Shown here: positions 36,883 through 49,399 of the stretch, one piece after another
How positions within the stretch are numbered: the stretch's first letter is position 1
Layout of the letters: each line of letters starts with the position of its first letter
Source: Phoronis australis
Taxonomy: Eukaryota; Animalia; Phoronida
Reading direction: 5' to 3'
Length of the DNA stretch: 64,000 nt
NCBI GenBank assembly: GCA_002633005.1
Contig: NMRA01000779.1
Span: 6,478 to 70,477 of the forward strand
Program-made: the position numbers and the translations under genes
The notes under the pieces: generated by a model
What the model was told of the DNA's origin: nothing
Databases searched by the model: none
Seen by the model: the letters and a program-made list of their open reading frames with translations, nothing else

Positions 36883-39800
36883 ATGTTGACCTGGCCCGTC
36901 ATCGCTGTACAAGTGGTCATCCGATTTTGTTTTGCCGGTGGGAACATGGTTTCTCATTACAGTGAGTAGACAGGACACTCGAGAGATGGCGCGATTATGG
37001 GAGCCTGTCCCTTTTTTGAAAATTCGTCTTCAAAGACAATGGTCGGTAGATTTCAAGGTGAAAATTAAAGTGTTGGGAAGCAAAAACATTGAACCATATA
37101 TTCCAACATTTCTGTACTGAGGTTTTAAAGTAACAACCCGTTGTAAATGCAGCTTTCATTTGTAGAAGTTCTAACTGCCGCTTCAGAACAGTTGCATACA
37201 CAATGTTCTTCCTTTTCAAACTAATACTTATTCTTGCGTCTAGCAAACCTTGCGTTCAACAGATACGCAGAGCAATCGGGCGTTTTCGGCGTCGTGACGC
37301 CTGACCCGAAGGTAATCTCGGCAGAGGCTAAAAAGGCTGTAGATAAATGGCCGGGCTACATAGACCACGTGACTATGGGTTACAACGGGTTGACCTGTTC
37401 CTATACGGCCTGGATGGTGCGACCTTGGTGGAGAGTGAATATCGGGGGAGGAAAAGGCAGAGAGATGAACATGCGCGTACAATATGTGCAGATAACCAAT
37501 GTTCATTTTGGAGGTACAGTAGGTATACGCCATACGGCTCACGAGGTTCAAACAAGGCAGGCCTCTGTCATGGCCGCAAGTCGAGTTAGTGCCTGCAGCA
37601 TATTACGTTCTTTCATGGCGTCACAGGAGTGGCATAGGCGGATTTAGGGTGGGGCTCGGGCCCCCCCCCCCCTTGGCTGCCGCAAAAAAAATAAAACAGT
37701 GAGAGCGTAGGGAAATGGTGAGTTTATTAATTAACCCCGATAATTAAAATTATACGGATGAATAAAGATTTAAATGTGTGCAGGTTTAGTGTTTGGGGAG
37801 GGGNNNNNNNNNNNNNNNNNNNNNNNNNNNNNNNNNNNNNNNNNNNNNNNNNNNNNNNNNNNNNNNNNNNNNNNNNNNNNNNNNNNNNNNNNNNNNNNNN
37901 NNNNNNNNNNNNNNNNNNNNNNNNNNNNNNNNNTTTTTTAAAGAGAATGGAACCTGAGTGACGATGAAAAAACAGAAGCTGCTGGTAAGATGTGAATTTT
38001 AATCGAAACCTTAGTAAATCACTCAGAAACTCGCAATACTCTCTTTGTCAAACCTTATCTTAAGACAATTTCCAAAGCAATCCCGTCATTATCGCCAACA
38101 CGAAAAACGGATTTGGTCTTTTGGGCATTTGAAGACTATTTTAAATACGACAAATTTGTTAAGAATTGATGGCACAAAATATAACACGTATAGCATTACG
38201 AAAAGAAGTAGGTTTCGCGCGCAAACGCTGTAGACCATAAACAAGTAGGTCTTTTAGTATAACGTTAGTAGGTAAGTCGTTGTGGTGTAGTGGTAACGCA
38301 CGCGCTCTCTAAGCGCCAGGTCGTGAGTTCGCATCTTAGATACATTCAGATTTTCCTGTTTGACACGCTCTCCGACTTTTTTTTTTCTTTTCCTTTTTTT
38401 CTTGGATAATACTTCAGGAATCAAGGAAAATGCTTGACTTTTAGAGGTAGAACAGAAAAATTTCCTGAGCGGGAGGGGGGTTTGCCCCCCTCCCGACCTC
38501 CCCCCATTCGGTGCTATGCGCATCTACAATCGTGGTTCAGTTTTGCGCAAATGCTTACAGCCGGACAAAATGTTGAGCCCCCCTTGTGATATCCTAGATC
38601 CGCCACTGAGTGGCGCTGTCCAATGTGATTACTCTGTTTCTCGGCCATTATGATTGAAGTTGCCAATAGTTAGGAGAGGTTCGCGGCTGCAGCAAACTCT
38701 AATAGACGTAATGGCTAACCAATTGAGATGATATTGGTGCGGCCTTCAGACTGCACACCATTTGCATCCCTGTTAGGTTGCACTAAACAAGAAGTTCATA
38801 GTATAAAATGGCGATTGCCAATAAAATGGCCTTCTGTTAAAACGTCATATCTTGCCAAAGACAGAATCTATGGCAATGCACAACACTTTCAAATTTGTAT
38901 GAATTTACGTTTCCGCGCAGTCATGTACAATGTACCTGTTAGAACACGTTTCAAAATATATTTTACAGCTGAGATTATACACAGAAACAAAATTGTTTCT
39001 TGCTGATGGACCTTTCGAAAAATCATAATTTTACGTAAAATGCGAAATCTATAATTCCGAAGGTAACCACCTGAGAAATTTCGAAGTGAGCGTGATTCGT
39101 AGCGATAGCGCCGTTCGTCACCGGTGCTACCATTTCGTTGGTGAGTTTCCCTCAGGTGAATCGCGGCTACTGCAATGCCAGCGACTCGTACCGCCAGCGA
39201 GAACTGTGGAAATACAACTGAAAGGCGAGGAACACGCCACGCTAGCTCTGTGTGACGTAGCAGTGTTTTACAAAGACCCAGGTAAATTACATTCGAAGCA
39301 CTATTTCGTGACATAAGGCTAAAATGGTAGCGCCAGACGTTTATAGACACAGTCCTTAGTTTTACTTGCAATCAAATAGCTTACTTCTGTGTTTCTACAA
39401 TAAACATTGAACTAATGAAAAAATGTCCAACGAAACATACAAGTCCATCGTAAAGATAAAATCGGCATTGTCAACTTGTAAAACAACTACGTCTTTAAAA
39501 TTAGTTGCCATATCACTTTGGTAAACATGACCAGCTTTTGTTTGGTTTGTGTCAGGGTTTACATTTTTGTTTTGCCCCAGTCTTTCCAAACACTGTAGAA
39601 TGCCTTACAGAAATCATCAAAAATGCAATAATAAAAGTGCAGATTTCAATGCACGGCATTAATTCAATAGAATACCATGATATGAGTTAAACATTGATCA
39701 AATTCTCGTGCAACTGATGACTATCTCCCTTCCTCCTTTCACCAATCACTTCCCTTCCTGCATTCATCAATCACGTCCCTTCCTCCATTCATCAATCACG

Positions 39801-42800
39801 TCCCTTCCTCCATTCATCAATCACGTCCCTTCGTCCATTCATCAATCACGTCCCTTCCTCCATTCATCAATCACGTTCCTTCCTCCATTCATCAATCACG
39901 TCCCNNNNNNNNNNNNNNNNNNNNNNNNNNNNNNNNNNNNNNNNNNNNNNNNNNNNNNNNNNNNNNNNNNNNNNNNNACGTCCCGGCCTTCCTCCATTCA
40001 TCAATCACGTCCCGGCCTTCCTCCATTCATCAATCACGTCCCTTCCTCCATTCATCAATCACGTCCCTTCCTCCATTCATCAATCACTTCCCTTCCTCCA
40101 TTCATCAATCACGTCCCTTCCTCTATTCACCAATCACGTCCCTTCCTCCATTCACCAATCATGCTCTTAGGCTTCATTTTCTGCTTGATGATAACACTTG
40201 TTCGTGAATTGGACCATTCTACTGAACAGGTTACGTCGAACCTAAAGTAGCGGTCAAAAGCGACGTTGATGTGGACTATGCCGGAGTCGAATGTGGAATG
40301 CTGGGCAACGTCTGCTTCCTGTCCAAAAACGGATTGTTCTCTGAGTGCCTCATCGAAGACAAGTCAAACGCCAACCCCAATGCAATTTCATTTGTGCCTT
40401 CACTCTGTACCATACCACGTTATCATGGTTTGTGTGCTTTCAATTTGTTTTATCCAAAAAATTGTATATTTGTTTCTTTGAATCCCGGCGTGTATTTTAG
40501 TTTAGATGATTATGAGGAATGTGCAGTAGTAACTGCACTATCACGCAGTAAACATGCCAATGACAAGACGAGCCTCTCTTTAGTAATGTTGTGTTGTGAG
40601 GCGTAGGATTGGTTTGGTTTAATTTTCTTGCATTTGTGACANGACTATGCCGGAGTCGAATGTGGAATGTTGGGCAACGTCTGCTTCCTGTCCAAAAACG
40701 GATTGTTCTCTGAGTGCCTCATCGAAGACAAGTCAAATGCCAACCCCAACGCAATTTCATTTGTGCCTTCACTCTGTACCATACCACGTTATCATGGTTT
40801 GTGTGCTTTCAATTTGTTTTATCCAAAAAATTGTATATAATTGTTTCTTTGAATCCCGGCGTGTATTTTAGTTTAGATGATTATGAGGAATGTGCAGTAG
40901 TAACTGCACTATCACGCAGTAAACATGCCAATGACAAGACGAGCCTCTCTTTAGTAATGTTGTGTTGTGAGGCGTAGGATTGGTTTGGTTTAATTTTCTT
41001 GCATTTGTGACAAAAGAAACAGACGGTAGGTACGTGAAGACATTACTGTCTTTGCTGATCACCATAATATTGGGAAATGGCGCCGAGATGTGATTCTCCT
41101 TTATTGAACCTCTCCCTCAAACTTTTCTCCGTGGGTTTATAAGCCCGATAATACTATGTGTGTGTGCACTCGGGTGTGTACCAGCGTGTGCATGTGCACG
41201 TGTGCCTGTGTTAAAAACAGACGTGATCAAAATGAACACTGCCATCGCGGGAAGCGTGCATGGGTTCCTTGTGTGACGATAAGCATAGAAGCACCTAATT
41301 AAATTGGTCAGGAATTGTAGTATTATATTGACGACAGTCCTTATGAGTGCCAGTGTTGGCTTTGTTCATTACAGATAACGATTTTGAGTACATCTTGGGT
41401 TGGTCCACGTGGACTCATTGTCGCTGTGGTAGATCTTGTATCGAGAGAAGTTACAGGACGTGCAAGGAGAACACATACAAAGGGACGACATGTCCAACCC
41501 TCTTCCTAGTCAGAAGCCGTGTTGTTCAACGTCTTCCCTGCCACTCCAAACATCCAATGGCAGGTTCTCGATATTGTAACGTTTGCGTTTAGATCCGCCA
41601 CCCCCGCCTTTGCCATCAAACCCAATTATGCTAGGGCAATGTCATGTAGCACGTTTTGCAGTCCTTAGTAAGACAACTGGCCACTGGGCGTGGATTGTGT
41701 GGTTGCATCGATATGAGGACTATCACTACGTACACGTACCGGTAGTTGAGCAATAATTTCGGTTGACTTTAAATGTAACTTCAACGGAATTTTGTTATTT
41801 TAGGTCTATTGGGACAACCAAATAGTCCTATCATAGCTAAGCAAAATAAGAAAAAGCGAGTTTAATCACTTAAATGTAGTCCTGTCAAATGATAGGTAAA
41901 GTTGCATTTTCGTGCCATATTGCATCACTGCAAGATCCCAGCACAAACCACAAAATGCCAAAAGCAGTATAGAGGTCTGAATATAACACTACTGCGTGCG
42001 GGTGAGTGTAAAGGCAATTATCGCGGTGACGTACGTAGACAAAAGCAAGCCGATACGCCTGGCCGTTCATTGCATTTGGAAATTTATGGCACTAGTAGGC
42101 GCAGAGCGATGCTCTAAGCATACATGCACTGCAGGAACCAAATTTACAAGTGCTACGGAAACCGTTCAAGATAGGCTTTGTAATAATGGGACGAAAGTAG
42201 GACACCCGGTGTAACTGAGCAAGGGCCGTGTTAAAAAATTCTCATTTTTGTACATTTCAGCTACGGCACTTCTTGCAATAGATGGCTTTGCAATTCATCC
42301 TGCTAAAGTTTTAACCATTGGAGCAAACGTTAGCCTAGAATGTACCATCACGACACGTGACTGGCGCGACAATTACGATTCGGTGGAAATACAAAAGAGA
42401 CAGGTAATGAGTACGCATGCCTATAACAAAAGGTGAGAAATGTTCACATGAGGCGGCGCTCAATATCTTTTCTAAGTTTACGCTTGAAAAAAGGTCGTGT
42501 CACTGTTATATAGGATGCACAAAGTCTAAAATACGAAGAGTATAATGGGCCAAACATTTCCTTGTACGAAGTCTAAAGAAACTAATTTCGAAGTGAAATT
42601 TTCCGTCTTTTGGACTACCGCAAGTACATCTGGGTACGAGAGAAAAAAACCCCGCCGAATCATCAGTTTTCACCCCAAAACCACGGTTTGCATGCGAATA
42701 TACGAACTGAGAGACAGAGCATTCCTACTGTCAAAACTCTCCACATTACAGAAATCGGGTGAAAAATGAACGTCAACCAGTCAGATTTTTTGCAAGAACA

Positions 42801-45800
42801 ACGGGTCAGAAAAGAACCTGAATTTCCTGTTAAATTTCGAAAACATTGAGCCAAGGTGTTAACAGCTGACTATCCTTCACTCAGAATAAATCCTTCACAT
42901 GTAGCAACAAGACTTAAAAGCCCAGCCAAGTTCCAGCTTTTAATGATAAATTAGGGCAAGCTTATTCAAATGTGGCTAAAAAACTATTGAGTCCCACTCA
43001 AATATCTTGGGTGCATTCTGTTGAAGTGGAGCTTTAAATCACAAGTAGGACATGGAAGTGGGCTATAGTAGTACGAGTTGCCAAATAAAAAATATCAAAT
43101 TTTTAGCCAAAATTTTGACGTTACATGTATGCAAATTGTTTCGATGATTTTTCTTTTTTTAATTAAATCACGATCACTTTCACAATGTTTTTTCAAGGAG
43201 GATTCATGGATGTTCAACCCACTGAACGAAATGAGCAGTATCGCTGAACCTTTTGCATCGTCCGGTCGTTTCACTATTGTGTATAGCATCTTCAACATTC
43301 CTCCTGGCTCACCTATCTCAAAAATAGTTGTGAAGATTTCCATTAAAGGTAGGAAGACAAAGTTAACACNCCAACCCACCCTCCCGGGTTTGCAAAAATC
43401 GTCATTTATGAATACAACCCGTGTATGTTGTAAGTTGCATATGAGGATATTTTAAGAGCGGTCTATTTTCAGACGTCACATTTAGCGACTACGGTGTATA
43501 CAGGTGTATACACAGGCGTGTTGTGCGACTAATGGGTCGGCTGCCAGTACTGTATTCCTCAGAGAAGATACTACAAGGTCAGAGGCAGACGCATCATTGC
43601 TTTGTCAGGACTTATACACTGTTTTTAGTGTAATAAGGTTTATTTTATTGTTCCGTTTGTGTACTACCAGATATAGCAATGCTATTGCACTTGATTGACA
43701 TGACCTGTGAAGTCAGAACAGTGATGATGTCATTTGTTAACCATGGAATAGTACGGAACATTCTAGAAGATTCTAGTGTGTAAGTGATTGATGTAGAACC
43801 TATTATATGTTTGTAGAATGATTGGAGTTATCAGCCAATCATTCTGTGTTGTGGAAGAGCTTTAGTGAGTGATCAACCAATCATTCTGTATTGTGGAAGA
43901 GCTTTAATGAGTGATCAGCCAATCATTGCATGTTGCAGAAGCGCTTTAGTGAGTGATCATCCAATCATTCTCTGTTGCAGCACCTCCCATAGCGCCGCCT
44001 GTAGTCGCGAATGTCTTGGACATACCCGGATATACACCAGGACAGGAATCAGGTGCGTCCCTTACCAGTATCTTAATCTTGTAGATTGACGTTCTGATAT
44101 CCTCTCAATAAAATTTCCGATCAAGAATTGTCCAGAAGATTGACTTTGATGCCTTCCAACTCACTTTTATTTCCAAGATCTTTGTGAAATGTTGGGGCCC
44201 TCACATGACAACTCAATATAACAAATAAAAGCACACACGGTGCCTCTTTTGAGTTAACTTGAAATTGTTATGTTGAAAATGTTTTGGAAATCTGTAAGTC
44301 ATTGTATGGGATTCGTAGAAAATTCCCGGAAGCATACGCGTAGATATCCTAATTACGAGCAAGCGACAGACTATACATGGAGGTTTAGTTCCGTGCAAGA
44401 TGAATGCCCTAAATTATTCGTGTTGGTGTTCATTCCATGACAGGGGAAGTAACTTACGGTTTACGTGTCAAACTTATTGTACAAAAATCGCTGAAATCTT
44501 TCTTTACACTGCCCTTCCATACGCATTGAGCACCTTAACCTCTCAGGCATGTGCACTGTACACGGTCATCATTATCATACCAGTGCATCCTCCTCCCGAG
44601 TCTGATCGACATGTTTGAGTTTTCTACACCTATGAACAACTCTCTCTTCCACTTCCAGAAGACAATGCTTCCCAATAATGATCCTCAGAAGAAATCTATT
44701 TCTATTTTAACCAATAAAACCAGCGAGAATATTGTCTTTGTGTTATTCTATCCTTTCGAGTGCCGTCAATGGCTTGGTATTGTAGTTTTTAATAGTTTTA
44801 CATGCTTGGTCGTTTGGGCCGCATGTCTTCATGTTGCTGTGCTTTACATGAAAAAATATTTTTTCAGAGACTTGAACATTATAAATTTCATGTACTTCTC
44901 CTAGTGAAAAATTGGCACTACCGGATTTGTAGGGAGTGTCACGTTTTTCCCCGTGCATGGGTGGGCGCAGGTTGTTATAGACCGGTGCTAATAGCTTTCG
45001 GGGCGACGACAGACTGAATACTGGTTCGAGTTAATCCTTTTATTAATCTCGACCGTAGGTTCACAAGCCTACTTCCAACGTAATGTCTGTTCTACACTCC
45101 AGTTGCGAAACCTTGACTTGTGATGAACTTCTTAGACACGTTCAGCAACTCAACTGTAACTTTCCAGTAACTGACTGTTTTTCAATTCTTAACTAAGTCT
45201 CCCAAACCCGTGTCTGGGTATTTATAGACTCATGCAACGTTCTAGAACTTTTCACCAATTCAAGCACATTCTGGAACTTCGGAATCTATCCAATCATTCT
45301 ACAAACATATACTAGCCTCAAGAATATTCCTGACTACATTAATCACTGACATGCTAGTGTCTTCTAGAAAATTCCACACTATTATGTAGTAAACATTTAC
45401 ATCATCACTGTACTGACCTCAGGGGTCATGTCAATCAATAATACAAATAGAACAATAAAACAAAATAATACTAAGAACTGTGTCCGTCAAAATTCTGACA
45501 GAGAGGGATGATTGCGCCGGACCGCTTCTCCAAGCAAATACTCCTGCTGAAAGGGGCACCTTATTATGCTTGGTTGTATCACTGAAAATGAAAAGAGGTG
45601 ACAGTCATCGGGTGACAGTCATCACGGACGGATCCAGTATTTTGAGTTGGGGGGAGGGGCATGGCAGAGTGTTAGCCAGGATTTCACCCATCAGACATTC
45701 GCACCCTCGTACTGCCGGATGGAATCTAGGAGAATTTTAGGAGGGAGGGTCCATGGCCCCCTTACCCCCCCTTAAATCCGCCATCGGGTGGCCTAAAAGG

Positions 45801-48800
45801 TGTTCCTAGAAGAAGTGGCCTTCTTTAACGTGGAAGGTTAAACAATTTCACTAGAACAGAAAGAGGAGGAATTGACACTAAAGCCTCTTACGTGAGCGGA
45901 CCCTTTAAGGGAATGACAATAATAATAATGAAAATGATAATAATAAGATACAGGAAATGAGTGTCCATGAACACAAGGTTTGGGACCCCCGAATCATTAA
46001 ATTATAAAAAATCTCAAAAACATTAAATTAGCAGCACTTGATTCTGTCTCGTTTCGCCAGGGTCCCAAGTTGTATCACGTGCTATAAATTTTTCAGAAAA
46101 AACAGAAAAGAGAGCTACAGGTGATTCTTATTATTGTTCTTATTATCCCATGCCAGCGATGGGTCCCAGACATTCAATGTCCTCTTGGATTTAAATATCT
46201 GAATCAGTTTGCTCTTCAATATCTGATGGTAACAAATATTTTCGAAGCTTCTTAAAGTATACACTGGATTACGAGTTTTCACAGACATTGTGACGATCTG
46301 TACTGCAAAACTGGGGCCCCAACAGGTGTTCTGACCGGAGATACTGAGGGTAGCACCAGCACTGGTAGTTGACAAATGTTTTCTTATCTACATCCTACAA
46401 CGGGCGCGGCGCAGCACTGCAAAATTGGGGGGGGGGGAGGGGGGAGGGGGGCTATAGCCCCAGTCCCCTATGGTGCGCCGCCCATGCCTACGCCGTGCGT
46501 TTTCTTCCCTTTCCCTATGTAGATGTGTGCTGTCGTCTCGCTTTACACCGACACATTATTAGGCAGAGGTGACAGGCACCTGTCCCTATCGTCCCCCCAA
46601 TTCCTTGTGCTCACGTGCAGCACTAGCACCAATAACTGAAACGGAAGAATTTCTGTGCTGTTTCAGATCACGTAGTCTTTGGAGCACTGCAGAATTTTGG
46701 AACATTCCACAGACGTTTTTCCATAAATCGACATTTTTTGGAGAAATTTCACAGACATGTCCCAATTGACCCACCCATTACGGTGTTTCCTCGCCTTTGT
46801 TTGCACTATCTACCTTAAACTTGCTCAAATTTCCCGGGTGCACTTTATCTAAAGTTGCATTTTAACCCATTTAGCTGACTAAAATCGATCATCGATTCAA
46901 GCCTTTTTACTACCATAATGTCGGTCTACTAAGGCGGCTTATCGTGATAGGATTCTACTTCTGTTACCAACAACGATTTCAAATTTTCGAAACCCTAATC
47001 GACTCAACAAAGCACATCTGAGTTTGTTAGGGCTGGCCAACCCTAAAATCGTAAATTCAAAAATGGCGCGTGATCTCAGTTAAACATGGAAATTGAACCC
47101 TATCGCGGTAAGGAAGCCAATATTGTGAGAGTAATAGGCCTGAATCGGTTTTCAGTTTATCCACCTAAACGGGGCCAATTGCAGCTTTACAGGAGCCCTT
47201 GCGGATACAGCTTTATGACGAATTTGTTAATAAACCACTCGCTTTCCCCAGTTCCGCTACATCTGAAACGAGATTGTGCTGCGCCCATCTGGTTCACGGC
47301 TTTGGTTTTACAAGTACTATTTACGACTGTGCTGGCCACGTTTATATGTTCGTGTTGTATATACAGCGAAATGAATCGGCAAGTACAATCTATTTCTTTC
47401 AATGTACTGTGTTAATGAGCTCTGTGTTCAATTGCCGAGTCAGTTTCTGAATTGTTGAAGCACCGTTTCTACACTTAAGAATTTGCTTCATGCTCGCCAC
47501 CACTAACCTGGCTGTCTCAATGGATGTATGCACTTACTGAGGGTAAATGTTGGTACTTCATGTCTTGAAATACTTTAACACTTTCAGTCACCAATATCTT
47601 GACTCTTTTAATGAGGACGAGGATACGGAAATAGCAAGGAAGCCCAAATCCGGTACCTTTGTGCAACTGGTAACAGACTGGGTTACTACGAAGACACGTA
47701 AGCTATTCAAAATTCTGCGCTATCGTGATTTTAATAATTGTTTCAGTATATGTTATTGTGTCGCCTTGCCTTAATTGAAAAGAAAAACTGGAGCAGACCC
47801 AGTTTTAAATTTGAAATACAACAAAAATTTCTGGTGGTGTAACATTTGCGACATCCTTGTCTCCGGATTGTTTTCAAAGACGTTAATTCATGATTTGGTT
47901 GAGCTTTTGAATTACGGAGTGCTCCCCACCCAATTCAAAGTTTTGTGACACCAAACTATACTTCTTAAAAGCTTTAAAACTAAACATTTATTTATTTTAG
48001 TGAAATCTTGCGATTACCGTCACTCATTTGGTGTATAAAACCTGTGGGTATCTTAATAACTCTATTCAGTGAAAAGGCCGGACTGGCTCGACAAGATCCC
48101 GTATGTTAGTGTTACTGAGAGACAGTTGAGAGTAAAGACTAGCAGTGACAGCAGTGGGGCAGATAATAAAAATATCAACTGCGCCATGGGAGAAACGGAA
48201 TCTGTAGAACTCAGTGGCAGAGGTCATTACTGGAAGAACGTGTCACGTGCAGCCAACTGCCCAACAAGTCGAGTGCACGAGAAAAGTGGATTAAACAGCA
48301 GCCTAAGGAAGCAACAGTCAGGGTGTAATGGTAACTCTGCATCTTTTTGTGCGTATTTATTATGATAACTTCGCACACCTACACACGTTTTCTGAGTTGA
48401 CGCATACCTTGCATTCTTCCTATGTATGTGTTGATCACTGGACGGGTGGGGGGGGGGGCTCAACGCCAACCTTTTGGCTAGGGTGGGGAAGATAAGTGCG
48501 GGGCAACCTTGGGTACCGTGCAAAGATCATGGGCTGAAACGCGAAATTCAAATGTTTGGATCGTGAGAGAGTGCTTTTTAAAATAAACTAAGGGCATGCA
48601 CGGCCTGTTGTTCCCCTGCTCTCCCGCCAGTGACCTGGATGATCATCGTGCACACCGCATTCTTCACTTGCTTGACATAAGATATTTAGTATCTCTTCGT
48701 GTGTGAAAATAACGTTAACTGCGCACCCCGCTACCTCTCGGGTGACTCATTCTCTTGCTGTAGGCATTTGCCGACAGGTGTCAGCGTGGAAAGGTTCAGC

Positions 48801-48825
48801 AAAAACTCGGATTTCTCACATTTAG
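36883..48825 (+). CDS. Type I membrane receptor: signal peptide, F-type lectin-like, TSP1, Ig V-like, TM, cytoplasmic tail (556 aa predicted)
   Basis: Eleven phase-consistent exons: 36883-36961 (MLTWPVIAVQVVIRFCFAG), 37244-37513 (NLAFNRYAEQS...KAVD...CSYT...PWWRVNIG...VQITN), 39063-39281 (LRNFEVSV...C...C...ARTVEIQL...LALCDVAV), 41375-41563 (WSTWTHCRCG...RSYRTC...C...PC), 42261-42403 (GANVSLECTI), 43198-43348, 43473-43577 (DYGVYRC), 47252-47378 (TM IWFTALVLQVLFTTVLATFICSCCIY; GC donor), 47588-47652, 48070-48330, 48764-48825. Confidence 0.8.
37633..38608. mobile_element. Non-autonomous TIR element with 5-bp TSD (contains an assembly gap)
   Basis: Ends CATAGGCGGATTTAGG / CCTAGATCCGCCACTG; TSD AGTGG; same end family as 24789-24966; tRNA-like segment at about 38276-38340. 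Confidence 0.7.
39725..40160. repeat. 25-bp minisatellite containing a gap
   Basis: Repeated unit TCCTCCATTCATCAATCACGTCCCT. Confidence 0.93.
40274..41012. other. About 368-bp duplication joined by a single N (probable assembly artefact)
   Basis: 40274-40641 matches 40643-41012; N at 40642. Confidence 0.85.
43603..44210 (+). mobile_element. Solo LTR-like element
   Basis: TGTCA...TGACA termini, internal CCAAT-containing repeats and AATAAA; homologous to the reverse complement of 44937-45500. No matching TSD seen. Confidence 0.65.
44937..45500 (-). mobile_element. Solo LTR-like element
   Basis: TGTCA...TGACA termini; TATAAATA and AATAAA on the - strand; flanks GGGAG/GAGAG (5-bp TSD with one mismatch); shares TTGATTGACATGACC...GTCAG.ACAGTGATGATGT with the 43603 copy. 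Confidence 0.7.
45623..45787. mobile_element. Diverged copy of the 24789-24966 MITE
   Basis: Shared internal sequence TTAGCCAGGATTT...CAGA.ATTCGCACCC..GTACTGCC...AAATCCGCCA. Confidence 0.8.
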
Positions 48826-49399
48826 CTTAACGTCGAAAACCTTGGAAATTACTATCTCTGTTTTACTTATTGACACTATCGTAACTGAGAGATGATTTAC
48901 TTCAACTAGACAGCGGGGATATAATCTCGATACCAAACACATGTACTTGCAGTGAGAGATGTTCTCGATCGTTTGAAGATGAACGATAAAGTTACGAAAG
49001 ATGACCTCACGGTGAGAACGCAAAGAAAGCGCAATACACCAAGGCACATATCGTCCTGTGAACTGAACCCGTAGTTTTGTTTACGAAAACATGTTCTTAA
49101 GAAAGAAAGAGCGGTGCGTGCTTGAATTATACAGATCGGGGAAACAAATTATTGTGGTTTGGAAGGATAATTCTTGATCGCTTGGGACTTAACAAAACCC
49201 ATGCAACACGGGCATTAAAACGACATATGCGCGATTATGTCATTTATCCTATAGTGCGCAAAGATAACAGAGACTTATACGCGACAAACTCACAAAACAT
49301 TTAATGCCCAGAGCTTTCTGGAAGATATTGTTGCGTGTCCCTGAGATGTTGTCAATCTGGGCATAGATGCTAATGCATGCTGGGAAATTGGACACTCAT

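Noticed and set aside
38276-38345. tRNA gene
   Set aside because: D and anticodon arms are suggestive but the acceptor stem does not pair; it lies inside a TIR element.
43370-43370. Single N as another duplication junction
   Set aside because: No flanking duplicated sequence is visible here.
46523-46572. Alternative terminal exon (DVCCRLALHRHIIRQR*) for the lectin/Ig gene
   Set aside because: Phase-compatible acceptor, but adjacent to a MITE-like fragment and with no other support; the TM exon at 47252 completes the Ig strand better.
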